A stretch of DNA of 64,000 nucleotides from Gemmatimonadota bacterium. GTDB lineage: Bacteria; Gemmatimonadota; Gemmatimonadetes; Gemmatimonadales; Gemmatimonadaceae. The number at the start of each line of letters is the position of its first letter. Within the stretch, counting starts at the first letter, position 1. The DNA is taken from NCBI GenBank assembly GCA_040389905.1, contig JAZJZK010000006.1, positions 116,892-180,891 of the forward strand, read 5' to 3'. The position numbers and the translations under genes are program-made. Positions 1 to 8,995 of this stretch are shown piece after piece. The notes under the pieces were generated by a model that did no database searches, had not been told where the DNA came from, and saw only the letters and a list, made by a program, of their open reading frames with translations.

Positions 1-66
1 ATGAAACGCCCCGCTCCTCCCCTGATGCGCATGACTTTTGGAGACGCGGTCTGAAGAGCGGAAAGG

Positions 67-93
67 AGGGAGGTCACTTTCAGTGACCTCCCT
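67..93. terminator. Hairpin, probable intrinsic terminator
   Basis: AGGGAGGTCACT-TTC-AGTGACCTCCCT is a perfect 12-bp stem, ~75 bp past the stop of the minus-strand gene 167..871. Confidence 0.65.
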
Positions 94-166
94 TCTCAGG
101 CACGGGTTGCTGGGCGCGTCCCTCGGGCAGCGTGTCGTCACGCATTCCTCCGCGTGGCGGGCGTGA

Positions 167-871
167 TCACGCCGCGGCCGCGCCGGAGGGGATCGAACGG
201 GTGGACGTGATAGGCGTCGCGAGTTCCTTCGGTCCGCGACGTGAACGTGGAATGCGCTTCACGAGCTGCCAGCCTTCGAGCAAGTCCTTGTTGCCTACGA
301 GCGCAGACCTGACGAACGCATCGAGGACGAGAACGACTTTGCGGCCACGCAGCAGTGTGGTGCGAAGTCCCGACGTGGCCGTTTCCACCGCACTTCTGCA
401 CTGTGTGCGATCCTTCAGTGCCTGGAGCAGGTCGTCCGCTGCAGTCCGCAGCGCCTGGATGAAATCCGGCTTGAGGCCTGCATGGATGAACACGTCCGCG
501 TACGGCGCCGCGGCTTGTGCCATGCCGGCCGCAAGACCGGCGAGCCGTTCCACGGACGGCTTGTTCCTTGGAAGCCCCAGCGATATCAGTTCGGGTTTTC
601 CTGCCAGCTCCAGCTTGGCGATCCGCGCGATCGGTATCATGTGATCGCGCAGGAGTGCTTGTCGCAGGGTGATCCGCCGGGCGACTGCGCTTCTGGCTGC
701 CCGGGTCTGGCCGTTCTGTGCTTCGATGTGCTCCGACAACTCGACGATGGCTTCGGCGAGCATCGCTCGTGCGCCGGTGGAGACGACTGCGCCGAGTACG
801 TCGGCGTGCTTGTCGAGAAACGCTTGCACGTTCTCGAGCGAGCTCCTCATCTGGCCTTGGGCCGTTTGCAA
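167..871 (-). CDS. Hypothetical all-alpha-helical protein
   Basis: Amphipathic helical ORF; probable TTG start at 871 preceded by GGGAGG RBS; terminator hairpin downstream. Confidence 0.7.
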   Translation of the reverse strand: MQTAQGQMRSSLENVQAFLDKHADVLGAVVSTGARAMLAEAIVELSEHIEAQNGQTRAARSAVARRITLRQALLRDHMIPIARIAKLELAGKPELISLGLPRNKPSVERLAGLAAGMAQAAAPYADVFIHAGLKPDFIQALRTAADDLLQALKDRTQCRSAVETATSGLRTTLLRGRKVVLVLDAFVRSALVGNKDLLEGWQLVKRIPRSRRGPKELATPITSTRSIPSGAAAA

Positions 872-1164
872 ACGAACGTCCTCCCTGTAATGGCGGTGTT
901 GAGATGGGCCGGACTCGTGCACCGCCGTACCGAGTCCGAAGTGAGGGTTGAATCGCCCCCATACTTATTCAAAGATTTTTCCACATCGCTTTTGCAAGGC
1001 TTCTTTTTTCTAAGAGGAGCCGACCGAACTGTCGAGAATCCGGCCTCTACTTATTGAAAGAGTTTTCCACATTGGTTTTGCAAGGGGTGTTATCCCGCAG
1101 GCGGGGCGAAGGGACCGAGTGGCGGATCTACTGTCCGAGTGCTGACGCGAGCGCCGATCGTGTG

Positions 1165-1816
1165 CTGTCGGCCGGCGGCTGACGCGGTCACGCTGCGCCA
1201 AGACACGTGCACAACGCGTCCGCAGCGTGTGACAACGCGGACGATCTGCTCTGCAGTGCGGACGAGATGCTCTGCGCCGCGCCATTGTCCCCGCGCGTTG
1301 CGCCTGGTGCAGTGCGCAGTGCTTCAGCTGCACTTCTGCAATGCGCCTGGCTGCGTCTGCGGTGCGCACGGCCGTCTGCGCAATGCGCCAGAACATCGTT
1401 GCAGTGCGCAAACTGCCCTTTGCGTTGCTTCGAGTGTGCTGCGCACCCGGTACACTTTGCTGCGCATCGCGCCTACGTCCGTGATCATCGCGGACGGACG
1501 CCTCAGCAGTGCGGACGAATCGCTATGCACGGCGACAACAACGTTCCACACTGCGCCAGAAGTACTGCGCAATGCGTCTGGCGTGCTACGCACTGCGGAC
1601 GGCGTGGTGATCGATGCTTCCGCGCCGGTGCGCAGTGCGTCCGGTTTGCTCAGCACCGCGCCAAGATGTCTGCGCAATGCGGACGGTTCGCTCGTCACTG
1701 CGCCTCAGACGCGGAGCAATGCGCCCAAACAGCTCATCATTGTGCACAAGTTAATTGGCACTCTGCCGAAATCCCTTTGCACTGTGAACGCGCCGATCGC
1801 CGTTCTTCCTGCCCGG
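1165..1816. repeat. Degenerate 21-bp-period tandem array (~30 units), consensus ~CTGCGCAnTGCG-n9
   Basis: Consecutive units such as ctgcgcaatgcgccagaacat, ctgcgcaatgcgtctggcgtg, ctgcgcaatgcggacggttcg; heptads LRNAPEH/LRNASGV/LRTADGV in the ORF translation. Confidence 0.8.
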
Positions 1817-1915
1817 ATGGGCTCCGTTCCGGCCCCTGAGGGGTAACGCGAATGAAGCATCATCCGCCCGCAGCTCACGGACGGCGATCGTGTCATTTAC
1901 GTGGGCTCTGTTCTG

Positions 1916-3781
1916 CTACTTCTTGAAAAACTCCAGGAGAGCCGCGTTCACTTCGGGTTCACGAAACAGTGCGTGCGAGGCGCGGTTGACGATGAGCATC
2001 CGTGAACGAGACAGGGTGCGGCCGACGTCGATCGCGTTCTGCACCGGCGTTCGGCCATCCCACGTTCCAGCGACGAGCAGCGCCGAGACCGGCGACGTCA
2101 CCGACTCCCGATAGGAGTCCGACAACCGTGGCAGTCCGGGAACGTCGCACACGCCCGGCAGCGGGAAGTTGATCGCGTCGCCAAGCACCGACTTCTGCGC
2201 TTCTCGTGCGATGCGCTGCAGTCTTTCCGACGATGCGTACGACGCACAGTCCATCGCGAGGTGCATCAGCTGGAGTGGACGGGCGCGGCGGTAAACGACG
2301 GCCCACTGCGCGAGGCTGGTGAAGTCGCCGGCAAGCATCAGAGACACCGCGGCAGTCATCGCCTTGATCTTCGGCGCCTCATCCATCGACTCGCTCACCC
2401 AGCGTTGTAAATCCCAGCCACCGAGCACGATCACCTGACCGGTCGGAAAGGTGTATCGCACGGGTCCGGCGCTCATCAGAGCGTGCAGCGAGCGGACCTC
2501 TTCCACAAGCGTCGGTCGTATCACTTTGCCGATCTCGCCGAGCACATCATCCACGCGAGACGGCAGCTTGAACGTGTCATCCGGGCCCTCGACGCCAACC
2601 AGCATCATTCGGTCAATGGACGCGGGATGACGCCGCGCCATCGCAAGGGCGAGATGCGTTCCGTAGCTGCCCGCAAGGAGCGACAGCTTCTCCACGGCGA
2701 GCGCGCGACGAAGCGCTTCGAGATCATCCGCGCTCTCAACCGTGGTGAGGCCCATCACGTCGACACCGGTCCGTCGCGCGTTCGCCAGGCATGCGTCGAC
2801 CTGAGCGCGCAACGCGATCGCCATTGCCTTGGGGTCGGCTGGACGATCGAGTGGAACCGCCTCACCGGGTGCGCAGTAGGCGTTGAGTGGTTGCGAGAGA
2901 CCAGTGCCGCGCTGATCGAACGCTATCACGTCCGCGATCGCAAGGAGTTGGTCGAGCAGCGACTTGGGCATGCCGCTCACCATGCGCGTTCCGGCGTCGC
3001 CGGGTCCGCCGGCGAGAAAGACAATCGGTGCGCCCGGCTCCGCAGCCGTCGACTTGATCCGCACGAAGGCCAACGTCAGCTGCGCGTCAGAAGCGGATGC
3101 GCGGTTCGCCGGCACGGTGAGGCGGCCGTCGGTCACCGGAATCGACTGTTCGCCGACGCGAAAGGTGCCGGCGCTCAGCACGATGTCGGGGTTCGGCGGC
3201 GACTGCTGCGCTGCCGAGGCGCCTCCCAACAGCGCGAGCAAGAGCAGAACGACTGCGCCGCTCTTTGCTCCGGCCGCAAGCTGTTGCTCCAACACGGCGC
3301 GGCGCTTCGATAGCTTGTCGAAGCGGCGACGCGCGCGAATGAGACGCGCGACCGCGAATGCCATCATTGCGAGTCCAAAGGCCATCGCTCCGTACCAGGG
3401 ACGCCCGGTCGGACTCCACTTCGCCGCCGTCGACGCGCCGAATGTGAACAGCGTTGCAAAGCTGACGGCGAGTCGTGCCGCAACCATCTGATCCTTTCCG
3501 AACAGGAGCCCCCGCCTCAGCAACACCCAGGCAGCGAACGCACTCCATGACGCGCCGATCGCAATCATGACCGCAAACGCGGTTTTCGCTCGCGGCGGTA
3601 GTGCCGGCTCGGTCATCAACAGCGCGATGACGAGGCCGGTTGCGCTCAGCGCGAAGAGCAACAGTGCGACGTGCCAGGGACCTGATGCGCGCCCAAGCTG
3701 CGCAGCGACGAGCGCGCGGATCTCGGCGGCCGACGGCTTCGGCGCGTCGTACACCGGCGAGGGCGAGTGAACTTCGGTCAT
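1916..3781 (-). CDS. N-terminal 4-TM (putative anti-sigma) domain fused to alpha/beta hydrolase (TAP-like peptidase)
   Basis: GGPG oxyanion motif, DQRGTGLS, nucleophile elbow AGSYGT, Asp in GTWDGRTP, C-terminal His; four hydrophobic helices at N-terminus; ATGA overlap with sigma factor stop. Confidence 0.85.
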   Translation of the reverse strand: MTEVHSPSPVYDAPKPSAAEIRALVAAQLGRASGPWHVALLLFALSATGLVIALLMTEPALPPRAKTAFAVMIAIGASWSAFAAWVLLRRGLLFGKDQMVAARLAVSFATLFTFGASTAAKWSPTGRPWYGAMAFGLAMMAFAVARLIRARRRFDKLSKRRAVLEQQLAAGAKSGAVVLLLLALLGGASAAQQSPPNPDIVLSAGTFRVGEQSIPVTDGRLTVPANRASASDAQLTLAFVRIKSTAAEPGAPIVFLAGGPGDAGTRMVSGMPKSLLDQLLAIADVIAFDQRGTGLSQPLNAYCAPGEAVPLDRPADPKAMAIALRAQVDACLANARRTGVDVMGLTTVESADDLEALRRALAVEKLSLLAGSYGTHLALAMARRHPASIDRMMLVGVEGPDDTFKLPSRVDDVLGEIGKVIRPTLVEEVRSLHALMSAGPVRYTFPTGQVIVLGGWDLQRWVSESMDEAPKIKAMTAAVSLMLAGDFTSLAQWAVVYRRARPLQLMHLAMDCASYASSERLQRIAREAQKSVLGDAINFPLPGVCDVPGLPRLSDSYRESVTSPVSALLVAGTWDGRTPVQNAIDVGRTLSRSRMLIVNRASHALFREPEVNAALLEFFKK

Positions 3782-4359
3782 AGGTGCAACCCCCTGTCTG
3801 TGAGCGTACGACGCAGCAGCCGCCGCGCGCGAAAGAGTCGTGACTTGACCGTTCCGACTGGAACGGCCAGCACCTCGGCCATCTGGGCGAGCGTCAGCTC
3901 TTTCAAGTAGAAGAGCACGAGCGCATCGCGCTCCGTCACCGGCATCATCGAAAGGGCGTCGCGCATTTGTGCGAGGTCCTCAGTGCGATCGTCGGTGTCG
4001 TCCGGAGCGGCAACCTCCGTAAGATCCAGCTCGGCGCGCTCCGGCTCCGCGTATGCTTGCCGAAGTCGATCCATCATGACGCGGCGTGCAATGCCGAACA
4101 GCCACGCGCGGAGGCGCGCCGGCTCGCGCAGGCGAGAGATCCCGTGCACGACGCGGAGCCATACATCCTGAACGGCCTCGGCAGCGGCATCATCGTCCGA
4201 GGCCAGTCCGCGAACGTATCGCCAGAGCGACGGATGCCACCGCTCGACCAGAGCATCCATCGCTCCCGGCTCTCCGAGCTGGCAGCGGATTCCGAGCAGC
4301 TCGTCGGCGAGTGCGAGGCCGATGTCTTCATCGATGCCGACCGCGTTTTCCATGGTCAT
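3778..4359 (-). CDS. ECF RNA polymerase sigma-70 factor
   Basis: Region 2 AAEAVQDVWLRV...LRAWLFGIARR; region 4 LTLAQMAEVLAVPVGTVKSRLFRAR. Confidence 0.92.
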   Translation of the reverse strand: MTMENAVGIDEDIGLALADELLGIRCQLGEPGAMDALVERWHPSLWRYVRGLASDDDAAAEAVQDVWLRVVHGISRLREPARLRAWLFGIARRVMMDRLRQAYAEPERAELDLTEVAAPDDTDDRTEDLAQMRDALSMMPVTERDALVLFYLKELTLAQMAEVLAVPVGTVKSRLFRARRLLRRTLTDRGLHL

Positions 4360-4514
4360 GTCTTGGGAGTCGAGATTCCCGGCGAAAGGTTCATGCTGGG
4401 ATTCCGCCCGTCGGCGTTGCGAGAAAGTAGCGTCACTCGCACACCCGGCCCTGACGGGAATGCTGATCAGGTCGATGATCATGCTGTTCCATGCCCGCGC
4501 GACGAGCGCGCCCG

Positions 4515-4797
4515 GTGGCGATCGAACTCAGCACATTCATCGTTCTGTTTTGCATCGCCACGGCGGTCGCGCTCGTTGTCCGCCATCTGCGGCACCTTGT
4601 GGCCGGCATCGTGTGCGGCAACATGGGCTCGCGGCGCCCTCTCGATGGTCCTTGCTCCTTCGCTCGGCGCGGATCTCGCAGGTCGAGGATTGGTCGTCTC
4701 CCATGACGACAGGCGTCGTTGTGCTGTCTCTGCTCGTTCGGGCCTCACCATGGCGCCGCTCCTTCGGCGCCTCGAGCTCAACGGCCAGCAGACGTGA
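4515..4797 (+). pseudogene. Collapsed, frameshifted Na+/H+ antiporter (CPA1/NhaP-like) remnant
   Basis: Fragments across frames: FIVLFCIATAVALVVRHLR, VAGIVCGNMG, WARGALSMVLAPSL, MTTGVVVLSLLV, GLTMAPLLRRL; only ~280 bp of a gene expected to be >1.2 kb. Confidence 0.7.
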
Positions 4798-5291
4798 CAG
4801 TCGTGCGACTACAAGTCGGCGAACAACGTGCGGACGACGAATTATTGCGCGAAGTCATGCGCGCTATTCGGTCCCTGATCGCGGTACTGGGCCAATCGGC
4901 ACGCACCATCGAGCAACGCAGCGGTGTAACGAACGCACAACTATTTGTGCTTCAACTCCTTGCCGACGACGTGCCGCATTCCATCAACGAGATCGCGTCG
5001 CTCGCACTCACACATCAGAGCGCCGTGTCAGTCATCGTGTCCCGCCTCGAGCGCGCAGGTTTGGTGAGGCGCACTCGATCAAGAGCGGACGCGCGCCGTG
5101 TCGATGTGTCGACGACGCCAGTCGGCCGCAAGATTGCGCGCAAGGCGTTGCCGGACGCAGAACTGCGACAACTGGGCGCGAGCCTCGGTAAGATCCTGGC
5201 CGAACGAGGCACGCGACCAGACGAAGAGCCCATGATGTTGTTCGAGCCGAAGGCGCGCTCGAGAACCACGAAGACGCATCCACCTCGCTAG
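4794..5291 (+). CDS. MarR family transcriptional regulator
   Basis: GVTNAQLFVLQLL...HQSAVSVIVSRLERAGLVRR...DARRVDVSTT winged HTH; GTGA overlap with the remnant stop. Confidence 0.88.
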   Translation: MTVVRLQVGEQRADDELLREVMRAIRSLIAVLGQSARTIEQRSGVTNAQLFVLQLLADDVPHSINEIASLALTHQSAVSVIVSRLERAGLVRRTRSRADARRVDVSTTPVGRKIARKALPDAELRQLGASLGKILAERGTRPDEEPMMLFEPKARSRTTKTHPPR

Positions 5292-5294
5292 AGA

Positions 5295-5888
5295 CTACAT
5301 TGCGCCTGCGGTAACCACGAACTCATCTCGTCGATTCCGTTGCTGACAGGTGTCGTCTTCCCCGTCACAGGCGCGTCGCTCCTCTCCGTAGCTCGCGGTC
5401 TCGATACGACTTTCCTCAATGCCCGCGGCGAGCAGATAGCGCTTCGCCGACGCGGCGCGGCGTTGACCGAGTGCGAGGTTGTATTCGGGTGTACCGCGCT
5501 CGTCCGTGTTTCCGTCGATGCGAATGCGCAGCGTTGGATGTGCGCGGAGGATCGGCAGCTTCGTGTCCAGCGATGCCCGCGCCTGGGTCGTGAGCTCGCC
5601 ATCGTCATATTCGAAAAACACCGGTCTGGCCAGCGTCATCCTGTCGGCGGCCAAGCGGGTACGCCGATCGGCGTCCAGACGCGCTGCTTCGCGGCTCGCC
5701 GCATCTGCCCGTGCGACGGAGTCGCGTCGCGCCGCGTCGCGTTGGGCCCGTGCGAGCGCGGCCTCGCTGTCCGGATTGGCACGAGCGGCGACGGGGCCGA
5801 GCACGGGGGCAGGGTCGTGATGCCGGCAGGCGGTGACGGTGACGATCGTGAAAGTTGCGGCCAGTGCGATGAGCGATGTCCGGGGCAT
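5295..5888 (-). CDS. pal: Peptidoglycan-associated lipoprotein (OmpA family)
   Basis: Lipobox VTAC; VFFEYD; IDGNTDERGTPEYNLALGQRRA; SYGEER; NRRDEF. Confidence 0.88.
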   Translation of the reverse strand: MPRTSLIALAATFTIVTVTACRHHDPAPVLGPVAARANPDSEAALARAQRDAARRDSVARADAASREAARLDADRRTRLAADRMTLARPVFFEYDDGELTTQARASLDTKLPILRAHPTLRIRIDGNTDERGTPEYNLALGQRRAASAKRYLLAAGIEESRIETASYGEERRACDGEDDTCQQRNRRDEFVVTAGAM

Positions 5889-5984
5889 GGGTATCCTCAC
5901 ACTTGAGTTCGTAACGTTGTCCGGCTGCGGGCGGGCAATTATGTTGGGGTTATTGGATGAATGTCAATATATGTTTGGAGGCGT

Positions 5985-8243
5985 GTGCGTCTTTCACTCC
6001 GCTTCGTCCTTCCGCTGATGCTGGCGTTGGCCGTGGTTGCCTATGGGGTGATCCCGTTGGTGGACCGGCTCACCCTGCGCTGGTTCGAACGTGACCTGGA
6101 TTCGCGCGCGACACTGATTGCGACAGCGTTGAATGGACGCGTTCAAGAGTTCGCCTCGGTGGGCGACTCCTCGCGCCTCAGCCAGTTGTTCTCCCGGATC
6201 GCGCAGGACGAGAAGATCTATGCGATCGGGTATTGTCCCTCGCTGACGTCCACCCCAATCGCCACCCCTGCGTTCTCGGCGACGCTGGGATGCGCGACGA
6301 TCGACTCAACCGAGAGTCGACTGCTCAACGGGCCCCGTGGCGCCCTCTACGTGTCGGTCCGCGCCATGTCGAGTGACAGCGTCGACACCGGCCGCCTCAT
6401 CCTGGTCCATGACGTGGGGTTCATCACGCGCCGAAGCGCGCAGGCGCGCACCTACCTGTTCTACTTCTTCATCGCGCAAGGGCTCCTCATCTCTGCCATC
6501 ACGGTGCTGATCGCACAGTGGAGCTGGCGCGGATGGATCAATGGCTTGCGATCCCTCGTTCGTGGTGAAGGACTGGAGCGCCTTCCCGGGACGACGGAGC
6601 GTGGCGACTTGCAGCCCATCGCCCAGGACCTCCGCGAGTTGATTCGCGACATCGAGGCCGAACACCGCGGCCGCGACGAAGCGCAGCTCAACTGGTCTGT
6701 CGAATCGATTCGCGAGATTCTCCGCGAAGATCTTCGCGGACAACAGGTGATCGTCGTCTCGAATCGTGAACCGTACATTCACGTCGAAAGCAACGGTACA
6801 ATCGTGGTCCGGCAGCCCGCGAGTGGGCTGGTGACGGCACTGGAGCCGATCATGCGTGCCTGTTCAGGCACGTGGATCGCGCACGGGAGCGGGAACGCCG
6901 ATCGGGCGGTTGTGGACCAGCATGACCGCATTGCGGTGCCGGTGGGCAACCCGGCGTATCAACTGCGACGCGTCTGGCTCACGACGGAGGAAGAAAAGGG
7001 GTACTACTACGGATTCGCCAATCAGGGGTTGTGGCCGCTCTGCCACGTCGCACATGTGCGGCCGACCTTTCGTGCGTCGGACTGGGACGCGTATTCGCGC
7101 GTGAATGCGAAGTTTGCACGCGCCGTGGCGGCTGAAGCGACGTCGAGCGATCCGATCGTCCTCGTGCAGGATTATCATTTCGCGCTGCTCCCCAGAATGA
7201 TCCGTGAAAAGCTGCCGGATGCCACGATCATCACCTTCTGGCATATCCCCTGGCCGAACCCGGAGGCCTTCGCGATTTGTCCGTGGCGAGAAGAACTGCT
7301 CGACGGCATGCTAGGCAGCAGCATCCTCGGCTTTCACACGCAGTTTCACTGCAACAATTTCGTGGACACGGTCGACCGTCTGTTGGAGGCGCGTGTCGAC
7401 CGGGAAACATTCGGCGTATCCTATCGCGCCGAACTGACGTCGGTGAAGCGATACCCCATTTCAATCGAGTGGCCGCCCGCGCCGGTTCTACTCGAGCAAC
7501 CCGTCGAGGCGTGTCGAACCGCGGTGCGCCAGCAGCATCGCCTGCCGGCCGACCATGCGATCGGTGTGGGGGTGGATCGACTGGACTACACGAAGGGCAT
7601 CGACGAACGCTTTCGCGCCGTCGAGCGGTTGCTGGAGCTGCACCCAGAATGGATCGGGCGATTCTCGTTCATCCAGGTCGCTGCACCGACGCGCGCGACC
7701 ATCGACGAATACAAGAATTACGCTGACCACGTGCGGGAGTTGGCGGCGCGCATCAACGCGCGCTTTTCAATGGCGCCGCATCCTCCGATTCTGCTCGAGA
7801 TTGGCCATCGCGAGCCGCCCGACGTTTATGCGTATTATCGCGCGGCGGACGTCTGTGTCGTTAGCTCCCTGCATGACGGCATGAATCTCGTTGCGAAGGA
7901 ATTCGTTGCAGCGCGCGACGACGAACGCGGCGTCCTGGTGCTGAGCCGCTTCACCGGTGCGGCGCGGGAGCTGCCTGAAGCGTTGCTCATCAATCCATAC
8001 GATGTCGATGAATCGGCCGCAGCGCTCTTCCAGGCGCTTCGTATGCCGGCGAATGAGCAGCGCGCGCGAATGCGGCTCATGCGCGGCCTCGTCCGGGAGT
8101 TCAACGTCTTCCGCTGGGCTGGACGCATGTTGATCGACGCGGCTGGAATGCGGCGCCATGGGCGCCTGCACCGTCGCGCGCGCCGCTGGAGTGATCGCCT
8201 CGTACGCACGGTACCGGCGCAGACGGCGAAGGAGCCGGCGTGA
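5985..8243 (+). CDS. otsA: Trehalose-6-phosphate synthase (GT20) with N-terminal TM-periplasmic-TM extension
   Basis: VVSNREPY, ASGLVTAL, LVQDYHF, FWHIPWP, GVDRLDYTKGI, DGMNLVAKEF. Confidence 0.93.
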   Translation: MRLSLRFVLPLMLALAVVAYGVIPLVDRLTLRWFERDLDSRATLIATALNGRVQEFASVGDSSRLSQLFSRIAQDEKIYAIGYCPSLTSTPIATPAFSATLGCATIDSTESRLLNGPRGALYVSVRAMSSDSVDTGRLILVHDVGFITRRSAQARTYLFYFFIAQGLLISAITVLIAQWSWRGWINGLRSLVRGEGLERLPGTTERGDLQPIAQDLRELIRDIEAEHRGRDEAQLNWSVESIREILREDLRGQQVIVVSNREPYIHVESNGTIVVRQPASGLVTALEPIMRACSGTWIAHGSGNADRAVVDQHDRIAVPVGNPAYQLRRVWLTTEEEKGYYYGFANQGLWPLCHVAHVRPTFRASDWDAYSRVNAKFARAVAAEATSSDPIVLVQDYHFALLPRMIREKLPDATIITFWHIPWPNPEAFAICPWREELLDGMLGSSILGFHTQFHCNNFVDTVDRLLEARVDRETFGVSYRAELTSVKRYPISIEWPPAPVLLEQPVEACRTAVRQQHRLPADHAIGVGVDRLDYTKGIDERFRAVERLLELHPEWIGRFSFIQVAAPTRATIDEYKNYADHVRELAARINARFSMAPHPPILLEIGHREPPDVYAYYRAADVCVVSSLHDGMNLVAKEFVAARDDERGVLVLSRFTGAARELPEALLINPYDVDESAAALFQALRMPANEQRARMRLMRGLVREFNVFRWAGRMLIDAAGMRRHGRLHRRARRWSDRLVRTVPAQTAKEPA

Positions 8244-8995
8244 CCGTGCCGCGGGACGACAGCGCGGTCGATTCCGATTTGCCACGGCCGAAGCTTGCCT
8301 GGGCGTTTCTGCTGGACGTCGATGGAACACTCGTCGATATCGGCCCGACTCCGAGGGGCGTGCAAGTCCCGAGCAGTTCGCGGGCGGTCATCGATGCGCT
8401 GTTTGCCGCGACGGGTGGTGCGGTTGCGCTCGTGACCGGTCGTGCGCTCTCGGACTTCTACTACCTGTATCCACGCTGCAAGATCCCGCTCTCGGGCCAA
8501 CACGGCGTCGAGTGGCGGAATGTCGACGGACTCGGAAAAGAGGTGTGTGCGAGAATCGAGCGACTCGACCCCGCGCGGGAAGTGTTGACGATGGGCGTGT
8601 CGGGGCGTCCTGGGCTTCTCCTGGAGGACAAGGGCTTCACGATCGCCCTGCACTACCGTCTTGTTCCCGGACTCAGCGCGTTTTCCCACCGTCTCATGCG
8701 ATCCGCGCAGAAAGCAGTGGGTGAGGAATTCGTGGTGCAACGCGGAAAGAGCGTCATCGAGTTGAAGCCTGCCGCGGTGAACAAGGGACAGGCTGTGCTC
8801 CGTCTCATGTCCCTGACGCCCTTCAGCGGGCGTCGACCCGTTTTCGTCGGTGACGACGTCACGGACGAGGACGCGTTCTGCGCGGTGAATCAGCTCGGTG
8901 GCGTTTCGATCAAGATTGGACGCGGCAGGACCCGAGCGCGGTGGCGTCTCCACAACACATCAGAGTTGCTGCGATGGCTGACAACGGCAGAATGA
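8240..8995 (+). CDS. otsB: Trehalose-6-phosphate phosphatase (HAD)
   Basis: FLLDVDGTL, LVTGR, GQHGVE, ALHYR, ELKPAAVNKG, FVGDDVTDEDAF. Confidence 0.93.
   Translation: MTVPRDDSAVDSDLPRPKLAWAFLLDVDGTLVDIGPTPRGVQVPSSSRAVIDALFAATGGAVALVTGRALSDFYYLYPRCKIPLSGQHGVEWRNVDGLGKEVCARIERLDPAREVLTMGVSGRPGLLLEDKGFTIALHYRLVPGLSAFSHRLMRSAQKAVGEEFVVQRGKSVIELKPAAVNKGQAVLRLMSLTPFSGRRPVFVGDDVTDEDAFCAVNQLGGVSIKIGRGRTRARWRLHNTSELLRWLTTAE

Noticed and set aside
1165..1816. CRISPR array
   Set aside because: Period is only 21 bp with degenerate units, no invariant repeat or 30-40-bp spacers, and no cas genes in the window
1139..1846. ORFs 1139..1846 and 1207..1839 as confident proteins
   Set aside because: Open frames are explained by the repeat; the heptad register changes frame near 1333; no clear RBS
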